Assembly: GCA_963756875.1 (NCBI GenBank) | Contig: CAVWPA010000003.1 | Location: 480,001-544,000 of the forward strand | Reading direction: 5' to 3' | DNA: 64,000 nt | Origin: an uncultured Verrucomicrobiae bacterium | GTDB taxonomy: Bacteria; Verrucomicrobiota; Verrucomicrobiia; Chthoniobacterales; UBA10450 | Shown here: positions 1-8,992 of the stretch, piece by piece | Position numbering within the stretch: position 1 is the stretch's first letter | Layout: each line of letters starts with the position of its first letter | Notes under the pieces: generated by a model | Databases searched by the model: none | Seen by the model: the letters and a program-made list of their open reading frames with translations, nothing else | Told to the model about the DNA's origin: nothing | Program-made: the position numbers and the translations under genes

Positions 1-41
1 GCCCAACAAATTGGATCGCTAAGCAGGCAAAGGCTCGCAAG

Positions 42-1649
42 TTGCTCGGAGTCGGCTATGCTATGCCGGAGATGAAAGGCACGATGGCGCCTGCGGATAT
101 CGTCCATTCCCCAAGTTCCAGGATTGCCTTCGGGCCAATCGCTATTGCTGTGATCTTTTTCGGGCTGCTCTGGCTCGAGCTAATCTACCAGTTGAAATCC
201 GAATGGTCGCTGAACCCCGAGTACGGTTATGGCTGGAGCGTTCCTTTTCTCGCACTCTATTTGATCTGGAGACGCTGGGGAACGCGTCCTTCGCCCGCGC
301 CGGCAAATTCGCGGGCCCTGCCCATCGCGCTGATGCTGTGTTGTGCGTTTCTTTTCCTGCCGATACGGCTTATTTCCGAGGCGAATCCGGATTGGCGTTT
401 GTTAAGCTGGCTGTTCGCGATTGTCGCCGTAACCGTCTCCGTTTCGTGGGTGTATCTAATCGGCGGGCGACCCTGGCTGCGCCACTTTGCTTTCCCTATT
501 TTTTTCTTCCTTGTAGCCGTCCCGTGGCCGACGCATCTCGAACAATTCGTCGTCCAAAACCTGATGCGGTCCGTTACCGCGATTAATGTTTTTTTCCTCA
601 ACCTGGCGGGGGTGCCTGCGCTTCAGCATGGGAACGTGATCGAAGTCGGCTCCGGTTTGATCGGAATCGAAGAAGCATGCAGCGGCGTGCGTTCGCTTCA
701 GGCCACGTTGATGATCTCGCTTTTTCTCGGCGAACTTTATTCCTTCAAGGTTAGTCGCCGGATTCTGCTCGTCGTTGCGGGCGGGTTGCTCGCCTTTTTT
801 TGCAATGTGATTCGGACCGCGATTCTGGTCTGGGTGGGAGCAAAGAACGGCGCCAAATCCATCGAAGCGTGGCACGATCCCGCCGGACTCACCATCCTGC
901 TGGTCTGTCTCTTTGGACTTTGGTTGATCAGTTTGATTCTGCGGCATCGGACCGCAACGTCGGTGGAACTACCTGCCGCCCATCACGACCGCCTCCCGAT
1001 TCGTTTTTCACGGCCTTTGCTTGTTGGTTTGGCGCTCTGGTTGATCGCCGCGGAAGCGGGGGTGCAAATATGGTATTACGCGCATGAGACCCCGGCAGCT
1101 GCGTCGCGCTGGGTGGTGCGCTGGCCGCAATCGGAGATGGCGTACAAGCAGGTGCCGATCGCCCCCGAGGCGGCGGATCTGTTGCGCTACAATGCGGGCG
1201 GCGGCGCAAGTTGGCAGGGCCGCGATGGCCATCAATGGATGATGTATTTCTTCCGCTGGCTTCCGGGGCGCACTGCCGCTCTCTTTGTTAAAATTCATCG
1301 CCCCGACATTTGCCTGCCGGCCAGCGGCATCACCATGGAACGGGACAATGGCATTCGCTTACTCAAGGTGAATGGCGTGAACCTGCCTGTTCGCTCCTAT
1401 CGTTTCGACGACCATGGCGCGCCGCTGCATGTTTTCTATTGCTACTGGGACGCGCGCTCTTCCTATCAAAACGAAAAGATCGCCGACGAAGAGGATTGGA
1501 CGCCCAAGGGGCGTCTGCGCGCCGCCATGCGCGGGCGTCGAGAGATCGGCGCGCAAATGCTCGAGGTGATTGTCTGGGGCTACGACGATGATGCCCGGGC
1601 AAGTGAAGCGCTGCAGCGTGAACTCGAGCAAGCCGTCCGTGGCGGTTAA
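42..1649 (+). CDS. Exosortase (EpsH-like transpeptidase) with C-terminal EpsI-like domain
   Basis: Multi-TM N-terminal half with EEACSGVRSL (catalytic Cys), NVIR (Arg) and WHD (His); C-terminal HRPDICLPASG EpsI-type motif. Real start may be ATG 64 or 73. Confidence 0.88.
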   Translation: MLGVGYAMPEMKGTMAPADIVHSPSSRIAFGPIAIAVIFFGLLWLELIYQLKSEWSLNPEYGYGWSVPFLALYLIWRRWGTRPSPAPANSRALPIALMLCCAFLFLPIRLISEANPDWRLLSWLFAIVAVTVSVSWVYLIGGRPWLRHFAFPIFFFLVAVPWPTHLEQFVVQNLMRSVTAINVFFLNLAGVPALQHGNVIEVGSGLIGIEEACSGVRSLQATLMISLFLGELYSFKVSRRILLVVAGGLLAFFCNVIRTAILVWVGAKNGAKSIEAWHDPAGLTILLVCLFGLWLISLILRHRTATSVELPAAHHDRLPIRFSRPLLVGLALWLIAAEAGVQIWYYAHETPAAASRWVVRWPQSEMAYKQVPIAPEAADLLRYNAGGGASWQGRDGHQWMMYFFRWLPGRTAALFVKIHRPDICLPASGITMERDNGIRLLKVNGVNLPVRSYRFDDHGAPLHVFYCYWDARSSYQNEKIADEEDWTPKGRLRAAMRGRREIGAQMLEVIVWGYDDDARASEALQRELEQAVRGG

Positions 1650-1735
1650 TCGGGGCGCCGCTCGTCGTATTGTTGCTCGCTCGTTTTAGCGAGAGCTACC
1701 GATACAGCGGCACCAAGGTCAACACGGAGCGATTA

Positions 1736-2452
1736 TCAAGGGCTGACAACGGGAGGCGGTATGATTTGGGAGCCTCCCCTGAGGAAGATCCTTTTCGCAA
1801 TCACGTAGCCGTTCACAATGGAATGATTTTGAATTTCGACGTCTCGGTGTGGTGCCTGCAGTGTACCGGTCAAAGTAGATCGCTGGCGGATCCTCACGTC
1901 GCGGCCTCGCCCGACAATGTTGAAGATTACATCCGACGGCTGCAAGCCGCCCGATAAGATAATGTTTGAGGAATGAAGCAACGAAAACCGATTCTGTACA
2001 TTAATAGTAATCATGGTTCCGGTTGTGCCCTCCAACGTCAGGATCCCGTTGTTCAGAACGAAGTTCGTCAGGTTTAAGACGGTATTTTCTGAGAATGTGA
2101 GCGTCAGGCTCTGGTCGCGCAGGTGAATCCATTCCCTGGCGTCGTTCTGACCGGACGACAAAGCGGAGAAAGCCGAGCTCAATGCCTCGTTTGTGTACGC
2201 GAAAGTTTCGCCCACCGACAGGCCGTCATCAGCCTCCTGCGAAAAAAAGTCAGTCATCCTGCTGGCGGCCGACATGTTGAACGCGCCCGGTGCGGCCCCG
2301 CGGATTGTGTCTGCCAGATCCACCTTGGTCATTTTCGCGGCAAAGATGTTTCCCGGCGTCGAATTGCCTTTCGCATGGGGAATCCCGAAGAGCAATCCGA
2401 GCGCAATGGCCGCCAACGGCAACCGTTTTTTTTGAGGCCAGTTGATGTGCAT
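1736..2452 (-). CDS. Secreted protein with choice-of-anchor A / ice-binding (DUF3494)-like beta-helix region
   Basis: Signal peptide (KKRLPLAAIALGLLFGIPHAKG); repetitive beta-strand pattern LSGGLQPSDVIFNI...GTLQAP...V.G.VIA; ends PPPVVSP with no TM tail. Confidence 0.6.
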   Translation of the reverse strand: MHINWPQKKRLPLAAIALGLLFGIPHAKGNSTPGNIFAAKMTKVDLADTIRGAAPGAFNMSAASRMTDFFSQEADDGLSVGETFAYTNEALSSAFSALSSGQNDAREWIHLRDQSLTLTFSENTVLNLTNFVLNNGILTLEGTTGTMITINVQNRFSLLHSSNIILSGGLQPSDVIFNIVGRGRDVRIRQRSTLTGTLQAPHRDVEIQNHSIVNGYVIAKRIFLRGGSQIIPPPVVSP

Positions 2453-2522
2453 TTCGTAACGGCATTGCCCGCTTCGGAATGATCCTCCGTTGGCGCCGCT
2501 GCCGTGTCCCTGCTTTGGATGG

Positions 2523-2538
2523 AGCACGTGCTGTGCCG
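2523..2538 (-). promoter_or_regulatory. sigma54 -24/-12 promoter candidate
   Basis: Minus strand reads CGGCAC-AGCAC-GTGCT (GG-N10-GC), about 70 bp upstream of the secreted-protein ATG. Confidence 0.55.
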
Positions 2539-2635
2539 GGGGCGCCGCCTGATCGACTAAAAAACGCGCCTTGCGAGCGGTTCAATGAATCGACATTCTC
2601 GCCGACGCGAAGTACCGTAGATTGTTTCTCACGTA

Positions 2636-3289
2636 ATGAAGAAGCCTCCGTTCGACTACGCCGGTTTTCGCCACGAATACATCGGAGAAGGATTGCGGCG
2701 CGCCGACCTTGACGCCGACCCGATCAAGCAGTTTGACGTCTGGTTTACCGCCGCGGCCAAAGCCGGGATTCACGACGCGAATGCCATGGCGCTGGCCACC
2801 AGCAGCCGGGACGGGAAACCGTCTGCGCGCATCGTTCTCCTTAAGGATTTCGACGAAAACGGATTTGTTTTCTATACGAATTACGCCAGCGAGAAAGGCC
2901 GGCAGTTGGAAAAAAATCCACGCGTTGCGCTGGTGCTGTACTGGATGGAAGTGGAACGGCAGATCCGAATGGAGGGAACGGTGGAAAAGACTTCGCGCGA
3001 GGACTCGGAGCGATATTTTCGTAGCCGACCTGCGGGCGCGCAGCTTGGAGCCTGGGCTTCGCGCCAAAGTGAAGTGATTGACGGCCGTCGAGTGCTCAAT
3101 GCCCGGCTCGAGGAGATGAAACAGCGCTTTGCCGAAGGGAAAATTCCATTGCCGCCGCATTGGGGAGGTTATCGGCTCAAGCCCGAGCAATTCGAGTTTT
3201 GGCAAGGTCGCCACGATCGTTTGCACGATCGGTTTCGCTACACGCGTCAGGAGGGTCGCGGGTGGCTGATCGAGCGGTTGGCACCCTGA
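2636..3289 (+). CDS. pdxH: Pyridoxamine 5'-phosphate oxidase
   Basis: RIVLLK, FYTNY.S.KG, YF.SRP, WGGYRL.P..FEFWQG...RLHDR motifs. Confidence 0.96.
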   Translation: MKKPPFDYAGFRHEYIGEGLRRADLDADPIKQFDVWFTAAAKAGIHDANAMALATSSRDGKPSARIVLLKDFDENGFVFYTNYASEKGRQLEKNPRVALVLYWMEVERQIRMEGTVEKTSREDSERYFRSRPAGAQLGAWASRQSEVIDGRRVLNARLEEMKQRFAEGKIPLPPHWGGYRLKPEQFEFWQGRHDRLHDRFRYTRQEGRGWLIERLAP

Positions 3290-3361
3290 GCAGCCGGAGT
3301 GCTGGAGTGTTGATTTTCGTTTTCGACCGATATTCCAACACTCCACTACTCCACCACTCCA
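3288..3361. repeat. Octamer-repeat palindromic element (GGAGTRNT / ACTCCANY arms)
   Basis: ggagtgctggagtgttg...caacactccactactccaccactcc; related copy inside uvrA at 55524-55596. Confidence 0.75.
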
Positions 3362-3403
3362 GCTTTGCGTTGCATGCGCGGCACGAAGTGGGGAGGACTT
3401 ACC

Positions 3404-3905
3404 ATGGGTGGAATTGACATTGTCCGCGGCGACATCACGAAGCTTGATATCGATGCAATCGTGAATGCCGCCAATACGTCGCTGCTCGGCGGCGGTGGAG
3501 TCGATGGGGCGATTCACCGCGCTGCTGGCCCGGGGCTTCTCGCCGAATGCCGAATTCTTGGAGGCTGTCCGCCGGGCGAAGCAAAAATCACGCGCGGATA
3601 TAATTTAGCCGCGCGGTTCATCATTCACACGGTCGGGCCGTTTTGGAGTGGCGGAAAACACGGCGAAGCGGAGATACTGGCGAATTGCTATCGAAATTCG
3701 TTACGGCTCGCCGCCGAAAATGGGATCAGGACGATCGCGTTTCCGGCCATCAGTTGCGGAAGCGTACCGCTATCCGGTTTCCGAGGCCGCGCAGATTGCC
3801 GTCGAAACAACGAGAAGATTTCTGGAAAGGGATGAGCGGGTCGAGAAGGTGATTTTCGCGCTCTTCAGCGGCGGGCTATTCGACGCCTATCGCCGCTTGC
3901 CATAA
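3404..3905 (+). CDS. ymdB: Macro domain O-acetyl-ADP-ribose deacetylase (YmdB-like); one-base frameshift near 3760
   Basis: [38 protein letters not shown]; continues AYRYP in the next frame after one extra A. Confidence 0.85.
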
Positions 3906-3975
3906 GCGGCGGCGCCTTCAGCTGGCACGGGCGGCTTACCGCGCGACAGGTAAACCGCCGCTAACAGCGATTGAG

Positions 3976-4284
3976 TTAGAATCCGCTGCGAATTCCGCGG
4001 GAGGGATCGCGCGGTCCTATATCGTGGCTGAGTTTGGCCCACGCGGCGTGGACCGCGTGTCGCGCATGGTCCCACGGCAACGCTGCTCCAATCCTATTCC
4101 GTTGATAATCAAGGGCGACATCGTCTTGGATCTCTTCAAAGTTTTTGCCCGGATATTTCGCGGCTGCTTCTGCACCGGTATGGTAGGCCGGTGCGTAATG
4201 TTCGAAGGGAAGTTCCTTTTTCGCGTACGGCTGCTTTGCATGGTGTTCCCGCCAATACTCCAGTTCCTTTTTCGGATCGGCCAT
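3976..4284 (-). CDS. Hypothetical protein
   Basis: MADPKKELEYWREHH...PAYHTG...W..ARHAV..AW; GGAG-type RBS upstream. Confidence 0.65.
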   Translation of the reverse strand: MADPKKELEYWREHHAKQPYAKKELPFEHYAPAYHTGAEAAAKYPGKNFEEIQDDVALDYQRNRIGAALPWDHARHAVHAAWAKLSHDIGPRDPSRGIRSGF

Positions 4285-4394
4285 TTTGGCTCCTTTCGCT
4301 TTTGTGCTTATTGCCTTATTATTCTTTGAATCGATGCTGCCGCAAACGTTGGGAAAACGCAACCACCGGTCGAGCTGCGATTCATTAATGTACC

Positions 4395-4889
4395 ATGAAT
4401 GCAAACGACGATGAGTTTATCGAAGACGATCCGCTAGCTGCACCAAGACGCTCCGCGCGGGGGCGAAGGTCCTCCCGTGCAAGGGGACGTTTGAGCCAGG
4501 GCGCCCACCGGGTATCAAATGCAGGAAACGATGCCTGGCAGCAAGCCAAGGTAAAGGCGGGACTCACTCGCCGGCGCACCGAAATTTTCCTGCGCGAAAA
4601 TCCTGTGCCCATGATTCTTGGCGCCCTTGCTACGGGGCTGGCCATTGGCCTGGCTATTCGGTACGCGTCCAGCACCACGCAAAAGGAAACTGAACGCGAA
4701 CCTTCGTTTGCGGGTGTGGACTGGGGTGTCCTTTCGTTGCCATTTCTATGGCCATTTGTCAGGTCGCTTAAGGAAAAGTACGCCGATTCAGCCGAGGTCG
4801 TGAAGGAGGGCGTCGATCGCGTAAGAGACATCGACATTCACCGCTACACCAAGCCGATAAAGAAACGCTGGAAAGCCTGGACTCATTAA
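4395..4889 (+). CDS. Hypothetical membrane-anchored protein (ElaB/YqjD/DUF883-like segment)
   Basis: FLRENPVPMILGALATGLAIGLAIR motif. Confidence 0.6.
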   Translation: MNANDDEFIEDDPLAAPRRSARGRRSSRARGRLSQGAHRVSNAGNDAWQQAKVKAGLTRRRTEIFLRENPVPMILGALATGLAIGLAIRYASSTTQKETEREPSFAGVDWGVLSLPFLWPFVRSLKEKYADSAEVVKEGVDRVRDIDIHRYTKPIKKRWKAWTH

Positions 4890-4892
4890 AGT

Positions 4893-4998
4893 TGTTGCCG
4901 CGGCGCTCTGCCGCCGCGGTTGGGGTCGCCACCTGTTTAAGAACGCCCCGGCCCGCCTTCGACGAGCTTCGGCGCGGCAGGCAGAGCGGGCGGCTACA
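4893..4998. repeat. GTAG-type REP-like inverted repeat carrying a nested 30-bp mini-element
   Basis: Arms tgt(t)gccgc..cgctctgcc / ggcagagcg.gcggctaca; insert ccgccttcgacgagcttcggcgcggca flanked by GGC. Confidence 0.65.
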
Positions 4999-5055
4999 GG
5001 TTCGCCTTTTTGTTTAGCGTGGAACTCTGCACACGCGGGATGATAATCTCGCCAT

Positions 5056-6186
5056 GTGCTAAGGTCAGTTTGCCTGCTTCTCCTCGCGGTTAGCGCCAGC
5101 GCTGCGGCAAACGAGATTACGCAAAGCCGCGAAGCCGGCGCGAAATTCGTCGGCGCAATCGGCTGCCGGTCATCCGGCTGCCACGGGGGCGCCGGCGTGG
5201 AACGCAGCCAGTATATCACCTGGTCGCAACAGGATTTTCATGCGCGTGCTTACGCCATCCTGCTGGACGCCCGCTCGGCGCGGATCGCCGAGGCGATCGG
5301 CGTTACGGACGCGCAATCGAGTGCGCGCTGCACCATCTGTCATTCGCCATTTCAATGCGTCCCGCCGGAACGGCTCGAGTCAAGCGCGCATCCGGACGAA
5401 GGCGTTTCGTGTGAGAGTTGTCATGGCGCCGCCGAACGATGGTTGCGCGGCCATACCCGCACCGACTGGACGTACGCGATGCGGGTGACGGCGGGCATGC
5501 GCGATCTGCGCAGTTTGTACGTGCGCGCGAACACTTGTGTCGCCTGTCACCAAAACATCGATGAGGATCTCTTGCACGCGGGCCATCCGGCGCTGGTCTT
5601 CGAACTCGATAGTCAATCGGTCGACGAACCGAAACATTGGCGCGATGACGATCCCTGGAGTGGCGCGCACCAGTGGCTGGTTGGCCAGGCCGTCGCTCTG
5701 CGCGAGATCAGTTGGGCCCTGGCCAGGAATCCTGAGCCGCCCGGTGAAGATCGCCTGCGGTTGCAACAGGAGGCGCTGGTTTGGATCCTGAGAAAAACCG
5801 GTCTTGCGGATGATCTCGTTCAGGGCCAGGCGCAGCCGAGCGATTTTACCGAAACCCAGAAACGTGGTGATGAAATTGCGCAACGTGCGGTGAATTGGAA
5901 ACCGAATGCGGATTCGATTCTGTCGATCGTGCGCGCATTTTCAGAAAGCGATAATGAATTCGGGGCTAATAAGCAACGCGCATCGGAAACGCTTTATTAT
6001 AAGGCGCAACGTCTTGTCCTTGCCTTGGGCGACCTCACGAACGCATTGAAGGCAAACGGTGGCGCCGCGTTGAAGAGCGACCATGCGATTGGTTCGCTTC
6101 GCGAGGACGTTCGTTTACCCGAAAATTTCGACACGGGGCGTTTCGCGGAGCATTTGCGCGCATTTCGAACCGCGCTGGGAAAATAA
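5056..6186 (+). CDS. Periplasmic multiheme c-type cytochrome (c554-like domain)
   Basis: Signal peptide; heme motifs CRSSGCH (CX4CH), CTICH, CESCH, CVACH. Confidence 0.85.
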   Translation: MLRSVCLLLLAVSASAAANEITQSREAGAKFVGAIGCRSSGCHGGAGVERSQYITWSQQDFHARAYAILLDARSARIAEAIGVTDAQSSARCTICHSPFQCVPPERLESSAHPDEGVSCESCHGAAERWLRGHTRTDWTYAMRVTAGMRDLRSLYVRANTCVACHQNIDEDLLHAGHPALVFELDSQSVDEPKHWRDDDPWSGAHQWLVGQAVALREISWALARNPEPPGEDRLRLQQEALVWILRKTGLADDLVQGQAQPSDFTETQKRGDEIAQRAVNWKPNADSILSIVRAFSESDNEFGANKQRASETLYYKAQRLVLALGDLTNALKANGGAALKSDHAIGSLREDVRLPENFDTGRFAEHLRAFRTALGK

Positions 6187-6271
6187 TCCCCCGAAAACAG
6201 AACGCGTCCGGGCAAAAATCGCGATCTACCTTGAACGCGCCATCTCCCTCGCGGAAAGTGTCGATCTTCGC

Positions 6272-8272
6272 ATGGAGAGCCCGAATTCATCCGAACAGCC
6301 GGCCTGGCAGCGCAATCCAGTCTTCGAGCTTTTTGCGTCGCTCAAGCTGGCGGTCGTTCTGTTAATCGTTCTAATCGTGGCGGCAATTGCCGGCACGCTC
6401 TACGAATCGAGCTTCGACGCGAACGTGGCGCGGGCCTACGTTTACGGCGCGCCCTGGTTCAATTTCTGGCTGGTTTTGCTTGCCGTGAATCTGATTGCCT
6501 CCGCGTTGTCGCGCTGGCCGTGGCGCAAACATCACGTTGCCTTTCTCATCACTCATCTCGGCATCATTACCCTGCTCGCCGGCTCGCTGATCGGCCGAAT
6601 CTGGGGAATCGAAGGCACCATCACTCTTTTCAAAGGCGACCCGCCAACCAGTCGTCTTCTTGTAAATCAACACCAGCTTCGGGTTCAGGATATTGATGGA
6701 ATCGTGAAAGGATTTCCTGCGGAATTTTTGCATCATCCGCCAACGCCCCGGCATCCACGCGATCTGGGCGTGCTGGCCAGCGGCGCCGATTTGCAGGTTA
6801 TCGATTATGCGCCGGCAATCGACGCAAAGTTGAATCCGCGACCGCTCGAAAGCGGCGGTGCGCCGGCGCTGCATTTTACGATTAAAACCGCAATGATGGG
6901 CCAGCATTTGGAAAGCTGGCTGCTGGCGGGCGATTCGCAGCATGACAGCTTTTCCATGGGGCTCGCTGACGTCGAACTGAAACGCGGCGCCGCGCCAGAT
7001 TTGACAGATGGCAGGGACGGCTCGCCGGGCCGTCCGAGAGCGGGTGCGGATGCCAGCGCGCAGGGGAAAGCGGTCGATCTCGAAGAATCGATTTTCGCGT
7101 TTAGCAAAGCGCCCAACGAACAGATCGGTCACGTGGCGAAAGGCGGCAGTAGCGGCGCGAAAGTAAAACTAGAAGCGCCGGAAGACGGAGACAAAGGTCG
7201 CGTTATTATTTCGTTAGGCGACAAGGAAGCAGCTTTCAATGTGGGCGAGAATCTGCGCCGCGACGTCAAGATTAAGGACTCACCGTTTACGCTCAGGATC
7301 GACGATTACTGGCCCGATTTCCGGATTGAGAACGGCAAGCCGAGCTCGCTCACGGATCAGCCGAACAATCCGGCCGTGCTGGTCACGATTCGAGGTAAAG
7401 CGGTTCCCGCGGCGGCTGTTCCGAACCCGCACGGGACCGGTGCGGAATTAAATGCGAACGGAGGGCCGCCCGCAATGCCGCCGGCTGGCGGCGAAACACC
7501 GAATCGCCTGACACTGTTCATTGCCGATGATGGTGGAATGACTTACGAGCTCGTTTCTCGCAAACGGGGCCGGTCGACCGGAAAGCTGGAGATGAACGAG
7601 CCGTTGGCCACCGGATGGGCGGATTGGAAACTGAATGTCGACCGGGTAATGCCGCACGCCGAGCAATGGATGGATTTTACGCCGGTGAAATCCGGTCAGG
7701 CACCCTCTCCCGCCGCCAGCGATTTGCCGGACGGTCTGCGCGTCCGCATTCAACAGAACGGACGGACGTTCGAACAATGGGTCCCTGCCGGATGGCAGAT
7801 CACTGTGCCAACTACGCCTAACGAAACAATGATTGCCTACGGTTTTAAAACGCTGCCGTTGCCGATCGGCCTGGAGCTTCTCAAATTCGAAGTAAAGCGC
7901 AACGAAGGCAACGACAGTCCGGCTGGATTCAAGAGCACCCTGCGTATTTCAACGACGGATGGCCAGACAGTGATCGGCTCTTGCTGGATGAATCATCCAT
8001 TTAGCTTTCCGGCTGGCTGGACGCATACCTGGACCGGACTCACCTACAAAATTTCGCAAGCATCGTGGAACCCCGATAACCTGAACCAAAGCAGCATCCA
8101 GATTTTACGCGATCCGGGCTGGTTATTGAAATGGATCGGGTCGCTGCTGATTGTGATCGGCGTGTTCATGATGTTCTATCTACGGCCGTATCGAAGGCAA
8201 ACAGTAGGCGAACCGATTACGCCGTCGGGCGTAAAGGCGCAAAAAGGAAAACAAGAACCGGTAATGGCATAA
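6272..8272 (+). CDS. resB: ResB/CcsB-like system II cytochrome c biogenesis protein
   Basis: ASLKLAV, three N-terminal TMs with THLG His, large periplasmic region, MNHP and RDPG..L.W.G C-terminal motifs. Confidence 0.75.
   Translation: MESPNSSEQPAWQRNPVFELFASLKLAVVLLIVLIVAAIAGTLYESSFDANVARAYVYGAPWFNFWLVLLAVNLIASALSRWPWRKHHVAFLITHLGIITLLAGSLIGRIWGIEGTITLFKGDPPTSRLLVNQHQLRVQDIDGIVKGFPAEFLHHPPTPRHPRDLGVLASGADLQVIDYAPAIDAKLNPRPLESGGAPALHFTIKTAMMGQHLESWLLAGDSQHDSFSMGLADVELKRGAAPDLTDGRDGSPGRPRAGADASAQGKAVDLEESIFAFSKAPNEQIGHVAKGGSSGAKVKLEAPEDGDKGRVIISLGDKEAAFNVGENLRRDVKIKDSPFTLRIDDYWPDFRIENGKPSSLTDQPNNPAVLVTIRGKAVPAAAVPNPHGTGAELNANGGPPAMPPAGGETPNRLTLFIADDGGMTYELVSRKRGRSTGKLEMNEPLATGWADWKLNVDRVMPHAEQWMDFTPVKSGQAPSPAASDLPDGLRVRIQQNGRTFEQWVPAGWQITVPTTPNETMIAYGFKTLPLPIGLELLKFEVKRNEGNDSPAGFKSTLRISTTDGQTVIGSCWMNHPFSFPAGWTHTWTGLTYKISQASWNPDNLNQSSIQILRDPGWLLKWIGSLLIVIGVFMMFYLRPYRRQTVGEPITPSGVKAQKGKQEPVMA
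7010..7036. repeat. REP-like hairpin inside the resB coding frame
   Basis: ggcagggacggctcgccgggccgtccg, stem ggacggctc/gggccgtcc, translated as GRDGSPGRP. Confidence 0.5.
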
Positions 8273-8316
8273 TTGCCCGGGTTGCGGAACACGTGCGCCT
8301 GCGAAATTTTTCTAAT

Positions 8317-8985
8317 ATGGGGATTTCAGTGAGATTGGTTCGAGGAATTGCGGGATCACTCGCCGCATTTTGCCTGGCGTCCTGCGCGTCGAACAATAAG
8401 CCACAGCCGTGGCTGAGCGACGCGCGGGAATCGCATCCCTGGGGCTACTACAGCGGCTTGCCCGTGACGCGCTGGAATCCGGATGGGCGTACCATGACTT
8501 TGTTGAGCGAATTGCGCTACACCGATCCGAAAGGTGTTGCGTGGACCGCTCCCGCCGGTGCCATTGTCGATGGCGCTTCGATTCCGCGTTATCTCTGGTC
8601 GCTGATGGGCGGGCCGTTTGAAGGAAGATATCGAAACGCTTCAGTGCTGCACGACGTCGCCTACGAAAAGCAGGACCGTCCATGGGGAGATTGCGATCGG
8701 ATGTTTTACAACGCCATGCGCTGCAGCGGTGTCAGCGCGGTCGAAGCGAAAACAATGTATTACACGCTCTATAAGTTCGGGCGTCACTGGAAGTTTCCGG
8801 TGAAACGCGCCAAACCGGTCAAGGTCAGTGGACAGATTGTGGCCAAAGCGGAAGAAATTCAGCGCGCCATTCCTGTTGATCCCAATCAAATCAACCAGGC
8901 GCGCGATTGGATTTCCAACTCTAATCCCAGCCTGGAGCAGATTGAAGCGCGAGCCGGTGCTGAAGAAGCGGCCACGCCCCAATGA
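8317..8985 (+). CDS. DUF1353-family lipoprotein
   Basis: Lipobox LASC; P.G..VDGASIP..LW and ASVLHD..Y motifs. Confidence 0.7.
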   Translation: MGISVRLVRGIAGSLAAFCLASCASNNKPQPWLSDARESHPWGYYSGLPVTRWNPDGRTMTLLSELRYTDPKGVAWTAPAGAIVDGASIPRYLWSLMGGPFEGRYRNASVLHDVAYEKQDRPWGDCDRMFYNAMRCSGVSAVEAKTMYYTLYKFGRHWKFPVKRAKPVKVSGQIVAKAEEIQRAIPVDPNQINQARDWISNSNPSLEQIEARAGAEEAATPQ

Positions 8986-8992
8986 CGATTGG

